From Malacoraja senta (Eukaryota): a stretch of DNA of 64,000 nt. The DNA lies in NCBI GenBank assembly GCA_038087875.1, contig JAXLNO010000174.1, positions 186,001 to 250,000 of the forward strand, read 5' to 3'. The notes below the pieces were generated by a model, which worked only from the letters and a program-made list of their open reading frames with translations, did not search any database and was not told the DNA's origin. The first letter of the stretch is position 1, and the number at the start of each line of letters is the position of its first letter. A program made the position numbers and the translations under genes. Below, one piece after another: positions 52,617 to 64,000 of this stretch.

Positions 52617-53589
52617 TTGATAATCCCTGCACCAGGATGTGAGGGATTATCAAGAGTCAAATGTATTTATTAGCCATATGTACGAGGAGCAGAACAGTGA
52701 GATTCTCACTTTCTGCAGCTTTACAGATACATTAATGCCCCAACACTACTAATAAATAGTCATCAATAATCCAACAAAACATTAGTAATATCAGGTGACT
52801 GGAACATTATAGTACAAGCTGAATACATATTGTTACATTATACAAAGTCCATAGCAGTTCAGTGCGGAGGTAGGGTTGTAGTTTGGGTCATGAAGGGTGG
52901 TTCACGAGCCTGATATTTTAATTTAGTTATAATTTTAGAAATACAGCGTGGAAACAGGCCCTTCTGCCCACCAAGTCTGTACCGACCACAATCACTCTTA
53001 CATCTATCCTGGACACTGGGGACAATTTAAAGTCAAAGTCAAATTTATTTGTCACAGGCACTCGAAGGTGCAGTGAAATGAATTTACCAGCTGCGATACA
53101 CTTAAAAAAGAGAACACACAATACACAATAGAATTGAACACAAACATCCACCACAGCATTCTTCACTGTGGTGGAAGGCAACAAAGTTCAGCCAGTCCTC
53201 CTCCTTTGTTCATCCATGGTCAAAGAGGCCAATTAATAAATTAATGAGGCCAATTAACCTACAAACCCGAACGTCTTCAGAATGTAGTTGAAACCGGAAC
53301 ACCTGGAGAAAACCCACAGGGTGAACATACATACTCCATACAGACAGCATTCAGGATTGAACCCATATCTCTGGCGCTATAAGGCAGCAACTCTACCACT
53401 GCACCACTGTGCCGCTATGACGGTTAATGGAAAAAAGCTGTTCTTTAACTTAGAGATCATGGTTCTCAGGCTCCTGTACCTTCTTCTCAATGGTAGCAAT
53501 GAGATGAGAGTGGAGCCAGGATGGTGTGGGTCTTTGATGATATTACCTATCTTCATAGATATTCATATTAATATCAAAAATATTTTATA

Positions 53590-53875
53590 TGAAATATACA
53601 GCATGGAAACAAGTCCTTCAGCCCACCGAGTCCATACTGACCATCAATCTCTTGTTTACACTAGTTCCATGTTATCCCACTTTCTCATCCATTCCCTATA
53701 CACTAGGGGCAATTTACAGAGGCCAATTAACCTACAAACGTCTTTGGATATGGGAGGAAACCAGGGCACCTGGAGGAAACCCACGTGGTCACAAGTGGAA
53801 CATGAAACTCCCGAGATCATATTTGAGCACAGGTCTCTGGCACAGTGAGGCATCCGCTGTGCCACCGTGCCGCCC
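53590..53875 (-). mobile_element. HE1/V-SINE-type SINE (partial copy also at about 53235-53415)
   Basis: Reverse complement similar to 59090-59397. Confidence 0.75.
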
Positions 53876-55034
53876 CAATTGTCAATTAATAAGTAATAAC
53901 TGATTATTAATTCATAATGGTTAATTAATGATTAATATCCCTTGTTGTGCTCATTTGCAATTTTCCCAGCAAAGATTGTAGATTGTATCCAAAATCTCCA
54001 GTTGCTGCTAAATTCAGGTGGAAACTTACCTGGCCACATCAGCATGAGCCAAACAGATGCTGCAAAGTTGTGCAAAGGTGAAATGCAGATGTTCACAAGG
54101 ACATTACCTGAAAGGTGCAAGTTGCACCTGGAGTTGATGTCAGGTACATCAGTTGCACCTGGAGTTGATGTCAGGTACATCAGTTGCTTTAATGAATGAT
54201 TTAAATAATAAATCAAGAACTGGTGGACGTAGTTTAAGGTGAGGGGAAAGATTTAAAGGAACCTAAGGGGCAACATTTCACTCAGAGGGTTGTCGATATA
54301 TGGAACGAGCAGCAGTGGTGGTCGTTGAGGCAAGAACTAGAACATTTAAAAGAAGTTTCGACAGGTACATGCATAGGAAAGGTTTAGAGGGATATGGGGC
54401 AAATGCGGGCAAATGGGACTAGCTTAGATGGGGCATCTCGGACAGTTGTGCCATCGTTTCTGTGCTACAAGAGTCTATACAGATATACAGAGGCTTTTGG
54501 ATATGCAGGGAATGGAGAGGATATGGATCATGTAGAAGCAGATCGGACATTGTTGGCCGAAGGGCCTGTTCTCTGTTCCATGTCCTAGTTGCCTATAAAA
54601 TAGGACATGGTTCTAAGCTATATGGTTTTAATAAAGCAAGAGAAGAATTGGATCATTTTTATAATTAATAACAATGTCTTCTTACATCTTGAGGAAAGGT
54701 GAGGTGAGGTCAGAGTGTGGATAGGATGAGAGAGGCAGGGTGACAAGGCGAATGAATCATTGGGGTATCTGAGCTCTGGGGTATCGTTGTTCTTATAGAA
54801 GGAGAATGCAGGACCATCAAAAAGCCTGGACAATGGACACTGGACAACGGTGGTGTGGGAGAGCCAATGAGAAGAATACCAAAGATAACTCTGCACTAGA
54901 GTAAAGAAAAGGTCAAACAAAATAACACCACGTGATTTGAATGAAGAGACAAATGAAAGTAGAACTAACAGGAACAAAAATTGCAAGAGGAAATCTTGCT
55001 TATGAACAGCCCTGAGTCTTAAGGGGTCTCACCA

Positions 55035-55338
55035 TTGGGCAAAAGGTACAGAAGTGTGAAAACGCACATCTCCAGATTCAGGGACAGTTTCTTCCCAGCT
55101 CTTATCAAGTAACTGAATCATCCTATCACAACTAGAGAACGGTCCTGAACTACTATCTACCTCATCGGACCATCTTTGAGTGGGCGTTACTGGCTTTACC
55201 TTGCACTAAAGGTTATTCCCTTATCACTGTAAATGGCTCGATTGTAATCATGTATTGTCTTTACGCTGACTGGTTAGCACGCAACAAAAGCTTTTCACTG
55301 CACCTCGGTACACGTGACAATAAACTAAACTGAACTGA
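55035..55338 (+). mobile_element. Rex1/Babar-type LINE 3' tail
   Basis: GKRYRSVKTHISRFRDSFFPA, then 3' UTR ending gtgacaataaactaaactgaactga. Confidence 0.7.
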
Positions 55339-55807
55339 GCTCCTTGCTTGTGAGAAAGTAATTACTTTTGACACAGTCTCATTGGTGTTTACACAGCAGA
55401 TAATGCTAGTTAGTGAAGTCCTAGATTGAGTTATAGTCTCACTCTGAGTCCCATAATCATTGGCTTGTAAGGAGCCCCACAGAGTGGTGGGGTTGGTGAA
55501 AATATGGACATTTGCATCAAAGGAAGGATTTTGAGTCCTAGATCCAAGGCTAGCCTTAGCATGCAGTATATGGCCGTGTTGCACAGCGCCAATACTCAGG
55601 TCCAATCCTCACCCACTGTGCTCTCAGTGTAGACTTTGCACATTCTCCATGCGAGCCCTCAGGGTTTCTCCAGGTGCTTCAGTTTTTTCCCCATTTCCAA
55701 AGACGTAGAATAATTGGACATTGAAAATTGCCCTCAGTATGGGGGAAGGGGTAGGATCTGAAGCCTGGTGGTGGGGATGTGGGCAAAAGACATTAGTGTG
55801 GATGGAT

Positions 55808-56106
55808 CTTTAGTTTAGTTTAGTTTAGAGATACAGTGCGGAAACAGGCCCTTCGACCCACTCAGTGTGCACCGACCAGCGATCCCCGCACGTCAAATAG
55901 GAACTATTTACCTTTATACCAAGCCAATTAACCTGCAAGCCTGTACGTCTGTGGAGTGTGGGAGAAATCGGCAGCTCCCGGAGAAAACCCACGCAGGTCA
56001 CGAGGAGAACGTACAAATCCGTACAGACAGCGGCCATAGTCAGGATTGAACCCAAGTCTCTGGCGCTGCAAGGCAGCAACTCTACCGCTGCGCCACTGTG
56101 CCGCCC
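55808..56106 (-). mobile_element. HE1/V-SINE-type SINE
   Basis: (tttag)n tail, core and tRNA-like head in reverse orientation. Confidence 0.85.
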
Positions 56107-56724
56107 ATGGATGCTTGATGGTCAGTGCGGGCCAGACGGGCAGAAGGGCCTGCCACTGCATGGTGTGGCTCTAACAGCTGGAGAGCATAACTAATTGAGG
56201 AAAAGGACAAATTAGAAGGATGACAGGTTGTGTCGTGTACCTGGGAAATAAAACACAAGAGCAGACTGCTAGCGGAACTCAGCATAACCCAGGTCAAGGA
56301 ATACCCGTGGAGGGAATGGAATCGTCAAAGTTTCGGTTTGGGTCGCTCACTGCATCAGGGTTTAGAGGCAAGATCAAGAGGAGAGGTGAGACGGGGACCA
56401 GCAGGTGGTAGATGGAAGTAGTGCTCGGTGGGGAGAGGGCGAGTAGTGGAGGCAGGTAGCGATGGGTGGAAACAAGCAAGGGAAGGAGAGGGCAGATGGA
56501 GCCAGTGGGGGGGAGGGGAGGCTGAAGGTGGCAGAGGTAGGTTGGGGATAAGGGTCGATGTACTGAGGGGGCAGAGAATTAGTGGAACCCAGCCTCAATG
56601 GGTGAGAGAGGCAGCGTGTGGAACAACGCTACCCGGTACAGAGTTCAAAACCAGCAGAAGGTTCAGAAGGTGGAGAGCACGCCAGGAAAAAAACAGGTGC
56701 TTCTTTGATGTTGACGCACAGATT

Positions 56725-57385
56725 CTCTTGTCCATAGTGGGGTAAACGAGGACCAGAGGACATAGGTTTAAGATGAAGGGGGGGGAGAAAGATTTTATAG
56801 GAATCTGAGGGCTAACTTTTTCACACAAAAGGTGGTGGGTGTATGAAATGAGCTGCCAAAGGAGGTAGTTGAGGCAGGGACTATCGCAACGTTTAAGGAA
56901 CATTTAGACAGGTACATGGATAGGACTGGATTAGAGGGATATGGGCCAAATGCAGCCAGGTGAGACTAGTGTAGATGGGACATGTTGGTCAATGTGGGCA
57001 AGTTGGGCCAAAGGTCCTGTTTCCACACTGTGAGACTCTATGACTCTGTAACTCTGTAACAGTAGGTGCTAGAAGCAGACAACGGTGGCCAGAATGGGGA
57101 GGGTTGCTGATGTGTGCTACAAGTCTCAGTGCAGGAACACTCAGTAGAGGGGTCAGAAGGTGGTGAATCTGTGGAATTCATTGCCACAGAAGGCTGTGGA
57201 GGCCGTCAATGGATATATTTAAGGCAGAGATAGATAGATTCTTGATTAGTACAGTTGTCAGGGGTTATGGGGAGAAGGCAGGAGAATGGGGCTGGGAGGG
57301 AGAGATAGATCAGCCATGATTGAATGGCGGTGTAGACTTGATGGGCCGAATGGCCTAATTCTGCCCCTATAACTTATGAACATTA
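56725..57385 (+). mobile_element. Two CR1 3'-end fragments (about 56725-57055 and 57155-57385)
   Basis: TRTRGHRFK, NFFTQKVVGV, VVNLWNSLPQKAVEA and CR1 3' UTRs. Confidence 0.8.
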
Positions 57386-57814
57386 TCTCAGGAGACTACA
57401 TGGGATAATGAGGCAAAGGTAATTCATTTTACCTGGCACTATGCTCGGTATGGACATTGTGGGCCAAAGGGCCTCCAGATGTGCTCTGTTCCATGTACAT
57501 TGTCCTGATCACACAACCAGGATGATGATCAGAGTTGGTGCCAAAGACGTCACCTGTACCGACCAGGATAAGCTGTGGGACTTCAATGTTCAACAAGAAC
57601 ATTCCATGGGCAAGGAGTCAATGAAACAGCTTCTCTGGAGCCAGCATAACACACTCTGTCCTGAGGTGATTTAATACTGGACAGAGAGGGCGGGGTGGAG
57701 AGGGTTGGATGCAAGGAAATCTAAATCATTCTATTATAGAGATTGTATGTTCCTGTCACAAACAATATTAATGAGCCACATGCAGCCAACAGTTTGTTGT
57801 TTGCCTGCCCGAAC

Positions 57815-58125
57815 TTTAGACTTTAGAGAAACAGAGCGAAAACAGGCCCTTCGGCCCATTGAGTCTGCACCAACCAACAATCACCCCGTATACTAGGACC
57901 ATCCTACACACTAGTGACTATTCCCAATTTTTCTTACCGAATCCAATTAACCTACAAACCTGTACGTGTTTGGAGTGTGGATGGAAACCGGAGCACCCGG
58001 AGAAAACCCACGTGATAACAGGGAGAATGTACAAACTCTCTACAGACAGCACCCGTAGTCAGGATTGAACCCGGGTCTCTGGCGCTGTGAGGCAGCAACT
58101 CTAACGCTGCGCCACCGTGCTGCCC
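57815..58125 (-). mobile_element. HE1/V-SINE-type SINE
   Basis: Reverse complement similar to 59090-59397. Confidence 0.85.
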
Positions 58126-59088
58126 AAACTATTACTTTTACTTGAAAACAACTCATTCCTCATGCTACTGGTCACCACAACAAGCCTGCTGTCCGCAATA
58201 TACCATCTAAACTCAATTGCATTCTATTGCCGTCCAGTTTTACCAACTGCCTCCTTTAACATTGAGAGCCCACATCAGTCTTCCACAGCTAGCTGTCACT
58301 TAGATAAATACACTTTCAATCTCAAAACACTGAATTATTTCCAGTGTAAATACCTATTCTATGAAATTTTCCAGCCCTGTCACTTGCCATAACCTGTAGA
58401 TTTGTCTTCAGCGTGGCTGCTTCGCGAGTCCTGTGGGGAGCGAGTGACGGCAAAAACCAATGAGCCCTGACTGTTTAATTTTATTTCTGTATAACAGAAA
58501 GCACGGAGTGTGCGATGGTTTAAATGGCAACATTAATCTGAAACTTCATGCCTTTCTGCCCCAATCAAACAAGTTGTGTTCGGTGCTTTTTCAAACAGAA
58601 TGTGATGTAACCAGGGCGGCTGTGAGAATCTGTACAGCGGGGAGAGAAACGCATGGCAAATTGTTTGAAATGCTGGAAATGTTTCATGCACAGAGCACAT
58701 GCAAGCCTGTGGATTAACGCCTCAGAATCAAGGAGACAATAAATTAAACTGATTAAGGTCTGATTTAGGTTACGTCATGCACACCAGGTTCCTTAACAAT
58801 TTGACCACAGAGAGGAATAAAGTTATAAATGAGACCAATAAATTTGCTTGAATTGTTTGGTCCAATTGCAATGTTATTACTCACTTTCAACAACCTGCGA
58901 TATTTCTCAAATTTATACTGCAGCCTCAATAAAATGGAATCAATGTGGATAAAACTTAAAAATAATGGTGCAATTATAGGGACTGCAAATTGAGACGTTC
59001 CATTGTGCGGAGCTGTGATGCTGAGATCTTTCAGTGCCCAATCCATTCTTTACCATTCAACAAGACATGAAGGTGTTTGCTGCAGATT

Positions 59089-59397
59089 TGGCACGGTGGC
59101 GCAGCGGTAGAGTTGCTGCCTTACAGCGCCAGAGACACGGATTCAATCCTGACTACGGGTGCCGCCTGTGCGGAGTTTGTACATTCTCCCCATGACCTGC
59201 GTGGGTTTTCACCGAGATCTTCGGTTTCTTCCCACATTCCAAAGACGTACGGGTTTGTAGGTTAATTGGCTTGGTATATATAACTGGCCCTAGTGTGTGT
59301 AGGATAGTGTTAGTGTGCAGGGATCTCTGGTCGGTGCGGACTCGGTGGGCCGAAGGGCCTGTGTCCATGCTGTACCTCTAAACTAAACTAAACTAAA
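59089..59397 (+). mobile_element. Full-length HE1/V-SINE-type tRNA-derived SINE
   Basis: A box TGGCGCAGCGG, B-box-like GATTCAATCC, V-SINE-like core (ggagtttgtacattctcccc...gcgtgggttt...ggtttcttccca), CR1-like tail gggccgaagggcctgt and (ctaaa)n. Confidence 0.88.
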
Positions 59398-59514
59398 AAT
59401 TAGAGTGTCACACACCCACTTTCCCAGGTTCAGCAACAGATCTGGGGGTCACTGGACTATCCAGCCACAACCTTCTACCTATTGTTGTCATGGCAACGAT
59501 CCGAGTAGGACAAC

Positions 59515-59930
59515 ACAAGCAAGATCCCAGGAATGATTGGGTTACCGTACCGTTTGACGGCTCTGGGCTTCGACTCGCTGGAGTTTAAAAGGATGAGGGG
59601 GTGGTGGGGGGGGAGGAGGGGAACTTCATTGAAACTTACCAAATAGTGAAAGACCTGGATAGAGAGTGGGTGTGGGAAGGATGTTTCCACTAGTGGGAGA
59701 GTCTAGGACCTATTAGGCTCATTGCCACAGATGACTGCGGAGGCCAAGTCAGTGGATATCTTTAAGGCAGAGATTGCCAGATTCTTGATTATTATGTGTG
59801 TCGGGGGTTATGGGGAGAAGCCAGGAGAATGGTGTTGAGAGGGAAAGATAGACCAGCCCTGATTAAATGGTGAGGTAGACGATGGGCCGAATGGCCTAAT
59901 CCTGCTCCTAGAACTTATGAATTTATGAAC
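59515..59930 (+). mobile_element. Degenerate CR1 3' end
   Basis: SLEFKRMRG, LIETYQIVKDLDR and (ttatgaa) tail. Confidence 0.8.
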
Positions 59931-60107
59931 ATTGGATTAATACAATGCTCATAATTGGCAGGAATATATATAATGCTGTTTACCTCACAAAAAGATTGTT
60001 AGCAAAGTGCAGAACAGTACCTTTGTAACTTTGTTGGTGCCAAATCATGGCGACACTTGTGTCCTGCCTAGGATCTTTGCAAAACCAAGCATTTCACTGT
60101 ACCCAGC

Positions 60108-60417
60108 TTAGTTTTGAGATACAGCATGGAAACCCCCTTCGGCCCACCAAGCCCACACCGACCATCGATCACCCATTCACAAAAGTTCTACATTATCCAA
60201 CTTTCTCATCCACCCACTACACACTAAGGGCATTTTACAATTAATCTACAAACCCGCACGTCTTTGGAGTGTGGGAGAAAACCCAGAGGAAACCCACGTG
60301 GTCACAGAGAGAATGTCACAGGGAGAACGTGCAAACCCCACACAGACAGCACTTGAGATCAGGATCAAACACGGGTCTCTGGTGCCGTCAGGCCACAGCT
60401 CAACCAGTTGCACCACT
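60108..60417 (-). mobile_element. HE1/V-SINE-type SINE
   Basis: Reverse-oriented tail, core and head. Confidence 0.75.
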
Positions 60418-60499
60418 TGAGTTTTTATATTATATACCAGCCCATAAGCCCAATGCAACAAAGGATAATGACCACTGTGAATTTATAGTTGTTGCATTC

Positions 60500-61242
60500 C
60501 CTCTCTCTCCCCGTCCCTCCCCCATCCTAGTCATTCTACTAGTTTCACTGTTGTCTGGCTTAGTTCCACTGTTTCACTCATTAGTTTCACTCGTAATTAC
60601 TTTCTCCACAGCCAACAATGGACCATTGTGGGCTCCACGTTTCCTTGACCATCGTTGCTAGCTTTGATTTGTCCTTTGGCATTGCTTTCCTTCATTTGTT
60701 CTTTGTATCTCAAAATCTCTCGTCTCCCTCTCCCCTGACTCTCAGTCTGAAGAAGGGTCTCGGCCCAAAATGTCACCTATTCCTTTTCTTCAGAGATGTT
60801 TACACTAAACACTAAACTAAAAAACCTAGCCAAACACGCATGAGAAACACACACAAAGACATAACGGAACAAGCACACACACACACAAACACACATGCAA
60901 ACATGCTGCAGGCTTTGTAAATGAGTAGATAAGCAAGGAGTAGATAGTAAAGAGTCAGGAAAAGCAATATCCAGAACAGATTCGGATCAGAGGACCACAC
61001 ACACCACACATCCTATTATTCAACATGTACAACCAGGATGAAGTATCATGATGCATTTAACCTGTGTCATTCAACTGTGCCGTCCTAATCTAGATCAGCA
61101 TCTCAAATCAAGAAGGGTCTCGACCCAAAATGTCACCTATTCCTTTTCTCCAGAGATTCTGACTAACCCGCTGAATTACTAACTTGCTGAATCAGCTGCA
61201 ATAGCTCTAAAGATAGACATTTTAGCATTTTGTGTCTATCTT
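60500..61242 (+). mobile_element. Two Penelope-like terminal repeat fragments (about 60500-60800 and 61108-61242)
   Basis: cagtctgaagaagggtctcggcccaaaatgtcacc and aagaagggtctcgacccaaaatgtcacc are CpG-decayed versions of the motif at 18918-18952. Confidence 0.7.
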
Positions 61243-61849
61243 TAGAGCTGTTGCAGCTGATTCTGTAATGCTATGGTGTTGGCTTGTTGCCTCAATACTG
61301 CTGTGCTGGTCCTGAGGTTCAAGACTAGCGAACCAGAGCTGGGAGATTGTTCCATCACTGCAAGCTGTGAAACGTGAATTCAATCATTCAAAGATATCAT
61401 AGAACTCAACAGTTTTGATAATGTTCCTCTGAGACTGCTCTACAGGTTACAATAACTCCAATTTATGGTATGGTTTTGACTGGATAGCACGCAAACAGAG
61501 ATTTCCATGATATCTGATTACTTGTTGCCTGACCAACATCAATTTCATACCACTTATTTGATCTTGAGAAATAACTCAAAAAATGTTATAATAATATCTG
61601 CTGCCTAATTTACTGGTAAAAAGTCTGTCACATTTCAGTAAAATACTCTCTGGTGCATTTAAAGTTGGCCGCCAGTGCCCAGGTTGGGGGAGCAATACTG
61701 ATGGATTGCTGAAACGTAAGCCTGGGTTTACAGGATGAGAATTAGCAGCCACAGTGCAAGACCTCTCATTGCCATCCCTGGCTGAATTCTGTCCTACAAA
61801 CAAGGTGAAAGAAATGGATGAGGGACACACAAAGTAACTCAGCAGCTTT

Positions 61850-62437
61850 GAGTTTTAGTTTTTTTCAGTTTTAGAGATACAGCGTGGAAACAAGCTCTTC
61901 GGCCCACCGAGCCCGCACTGACCAGCGATCCCCGCACATTAACACTATCCTACACACACTAGGAACAATTTTTACATTTATAGCAAGCCAATTAACCTAA
62001 ACCTGTACGTCTTTGGAGTGTGGGAGTAAAGGTACGTTACCAAACAGGGCATTCTTTACAATGATAATGCATTTTTAAAAAGACAGGTAACATTACATCT
62101 TTAATTTGTTTAGTTTAATTTAGTTTAGAGATATTTTTGCGGCAAGGTAGAGTCGCTGCTTTACAGCGCAGAGTTTAGTTTAGAGATACAGCGTGGAAAC
62201 AGGCCCTTCAGCCCACAGAGTCCGTGCTGACCAGCGATCCCCGCACACTAACACACACTAGGGACCATTTACAATTATACTAAGTCCATTAACCTACAAA
62301 CCTCCATGTCTTTGGAGCTCCCGGAGTAAATGGGGAGAACGTACAAACTCCGTACAGACAGCACCTGTAGTCGGGATTAATCCCAGGTGTCTGGCGCTGT
62401 GAGGCAGAGGCTCTACCCCTGTGCCACCGTGCCGCCC
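61850..62437 (-). mobile_element. Cluster of HE1/V-SINE-type SINE pieces (about 61850-62030 and 62172-62437)
   Basis: tttagagatacagcgtggaaaca tails and reverse SINE core. Confidence 0.8.
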
Positions 62438-62559
62438 GAGTCACTGGATGAAACAGTGTTCAAAATGTCCATTCTATCATCCTACCCCCAAACACCCCTC
62501 ATCCGCCATCCGCCATCCATTTGAGCTAATTAATCACTGTTGCTTGGTGAACCTCCCTT

Positions 62560-63992
62560 GAAAGCGGGGAATTACAGACCAGTTAGCCTGACTTCGGTGG
62601 TGGGAAAGATGCTGGAGTCAATTATTAAAGAGGTAATAATGGGGCATTTGGATAGCAGTAAGAGGATTAGTCCAAGTCAACATGGATTTATGAAAGGGAG
62701 ATCATGCTTGACTAATCTTCTGGATTTTTTTTTAGGATTTGACAAGTAAAATGGATGAAGGGATGCCAGTGGATGTAGTGTATCTAGACTTTCAGAAAGC
62801 CTTTGATAAGGTCCCGCACGGGAGACTGGTGACTAAAATTAGAGCACATGGTATTGGGGGGTAGGGTGTTGACGTGGATAGAAAATTGGTTGACAGACAG
62901 GAAGCAAAGAGTAGAAGTGAACGGGTCCTTTTCAGAATGGCAGGCAGTGGCGAGTGGAGTGCCGCAAGGTTCGGTGTTGGGGCCGCAACTGTTTACCATA
63001 TATATTAATGATTTGGAAGAGGGAATTAGGAGCAACACTAGCAAGTTTGCAGATGACACAAAGCTGGGTGGCAATGTGAATGGTGAAGAGGATGTTAGGA
63101 GGTTGCAGGGTGACCTGGACAGGTTGAGTGAGTGGGCAGATGCGTGGCAGATGCAGTATAATATAGATAAATGTGAGGTTATCCACTTTGGCGACAAAAA
63201 GAAGGGGGCAGATTATTATCTCAATGGGGTTAGGTTAGGTAAGGGGGGAGGTGCAGTGAGACCTGGGCGTCCTTGTACACCGGTCACTGAAAGTTGGCTT
63301 ACAGGTACAGCAGGCAGTGAAGAAAGCTAATGGAATGTTGGCCTTCATAACAAGAGGATTTCAGTATAGGAGTAAAGAGGTTCTTCTGCAGTTGTATAGG
63401 GCTCTGGTGAGACCACATCTGGTGTATTGTGTACAGTTTTGGTCTCCTAATTTGAGGAAGGACATCCTTGTGATTGAGGCAGTGCAGCGTAGGTTCACGA
63501 GATTGATCCCTGGGATGGCGGGATTGTCATATGAGGAAAGATTAAAAAGACTAGGCTTGTATTCACTGGAGTTTAGAAGGATGAGGGGGATCTTATAGAA
63601 ACATATAAAATTATAAAAGGACTGGACAAGCTAGATGCAGGAAAAATGTTCCCAATATTGGGCGAGTCTAGAACCAGGGGCCACAGTCTTAGAATAAAGG
63701 GGAGGTCATTTAAGACTGAGGTGAGAAAAAACGTTTTCACCCAGAGAGTTGTGAATTTATGGAATTCCCTGCCACAGAGGGCAGTGGAGGCCAAATCACT
63801 GGATGGATTTAAGAGAGAGTTAGATAGAGCTCTAGGGGCTAGTGGAATCAAGGGATATGGGAAGAAGGCAGGCACGGGTTATTGATAGGGGACGATCAGC
63901 CATGATCACAATGAATGGCGGTGCTGGCTCGAAGGGCCGAATGGCCTCCTCCTGCACCTATTTTCTATGTTTCTATGTTTCTATGTTTCTAT
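62560..63992 (+). mobile_element. 5'-truncated CR1 LINE (RT region, few frameshifts)
   Basis: [27 protein letters not shown], stop at 63885, tail (tttctatg)n. Confidence 0.95.
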
Positions 63993-64000
63993 AAGGAAGC

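Noticed and set aside
54024..54120. Possible 78-nt minus-strand exon (54107-54030) with CAG acceptor and GTAAGT donor, next to a 31-bp tandem duplication at about 54120-54186
   Set aside because: Unrecognisable peptide, no partner exons, and such splice-like pairs arise by chance.
60812..61009. Hydrophobic 65-aa ORF resembling a membrane peptide
   Set aside because: Explained by the T/G-rich strand of a degenerate CA repeat.

Overview
Non-genic, repeat-saturated vertebrate DNA, most likely from a cartilaginous fish (skate or ray). This is inferred from HE1/V-SINE-type SINEs and very abundant CR1 LINEs. I found no recognisable host protein-coding gene. Bases 1 to about 52,600 are a dense patchwork of nested elements. 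They include CR1, L2 and Rex1/Babar LINE pieces, Penelope-like pieces with a GIY-YIG domain and hammerhead-like motifs, an internally deleted Tc1 and a TIR DNA transposon. Also present are one full-length and one truncated Gypsy/Ty3 element, three Helitron-like elements, two local segmental duplications, 44-bp and 64-bp tandem arrays, long CT/GA low-complexity tracts and a tRNA-Asn pseudogene. After an abrupt junction at about 52,616 the sequence looks like ordinary intronic or intergenic DNA with scattered SINEs and CR1 tails. Most interesting signals: (1) a young CR1 with an intact, AUG-less ORF2 that lies in the -1 frame of a U_UUA_AAC slippery heptamer placed directly before the ORF1 stop, suggesting programmed ribosomal frameshifting; (2) Helitron-like elements carrying duplicated neighbouring DNA and satellite arrays; (3) a repair-scarred breakpoint that truncates three nested elements at once. 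Family assignments come from motif recognition only, with no database search. Boundaries of old fragments are approximate.
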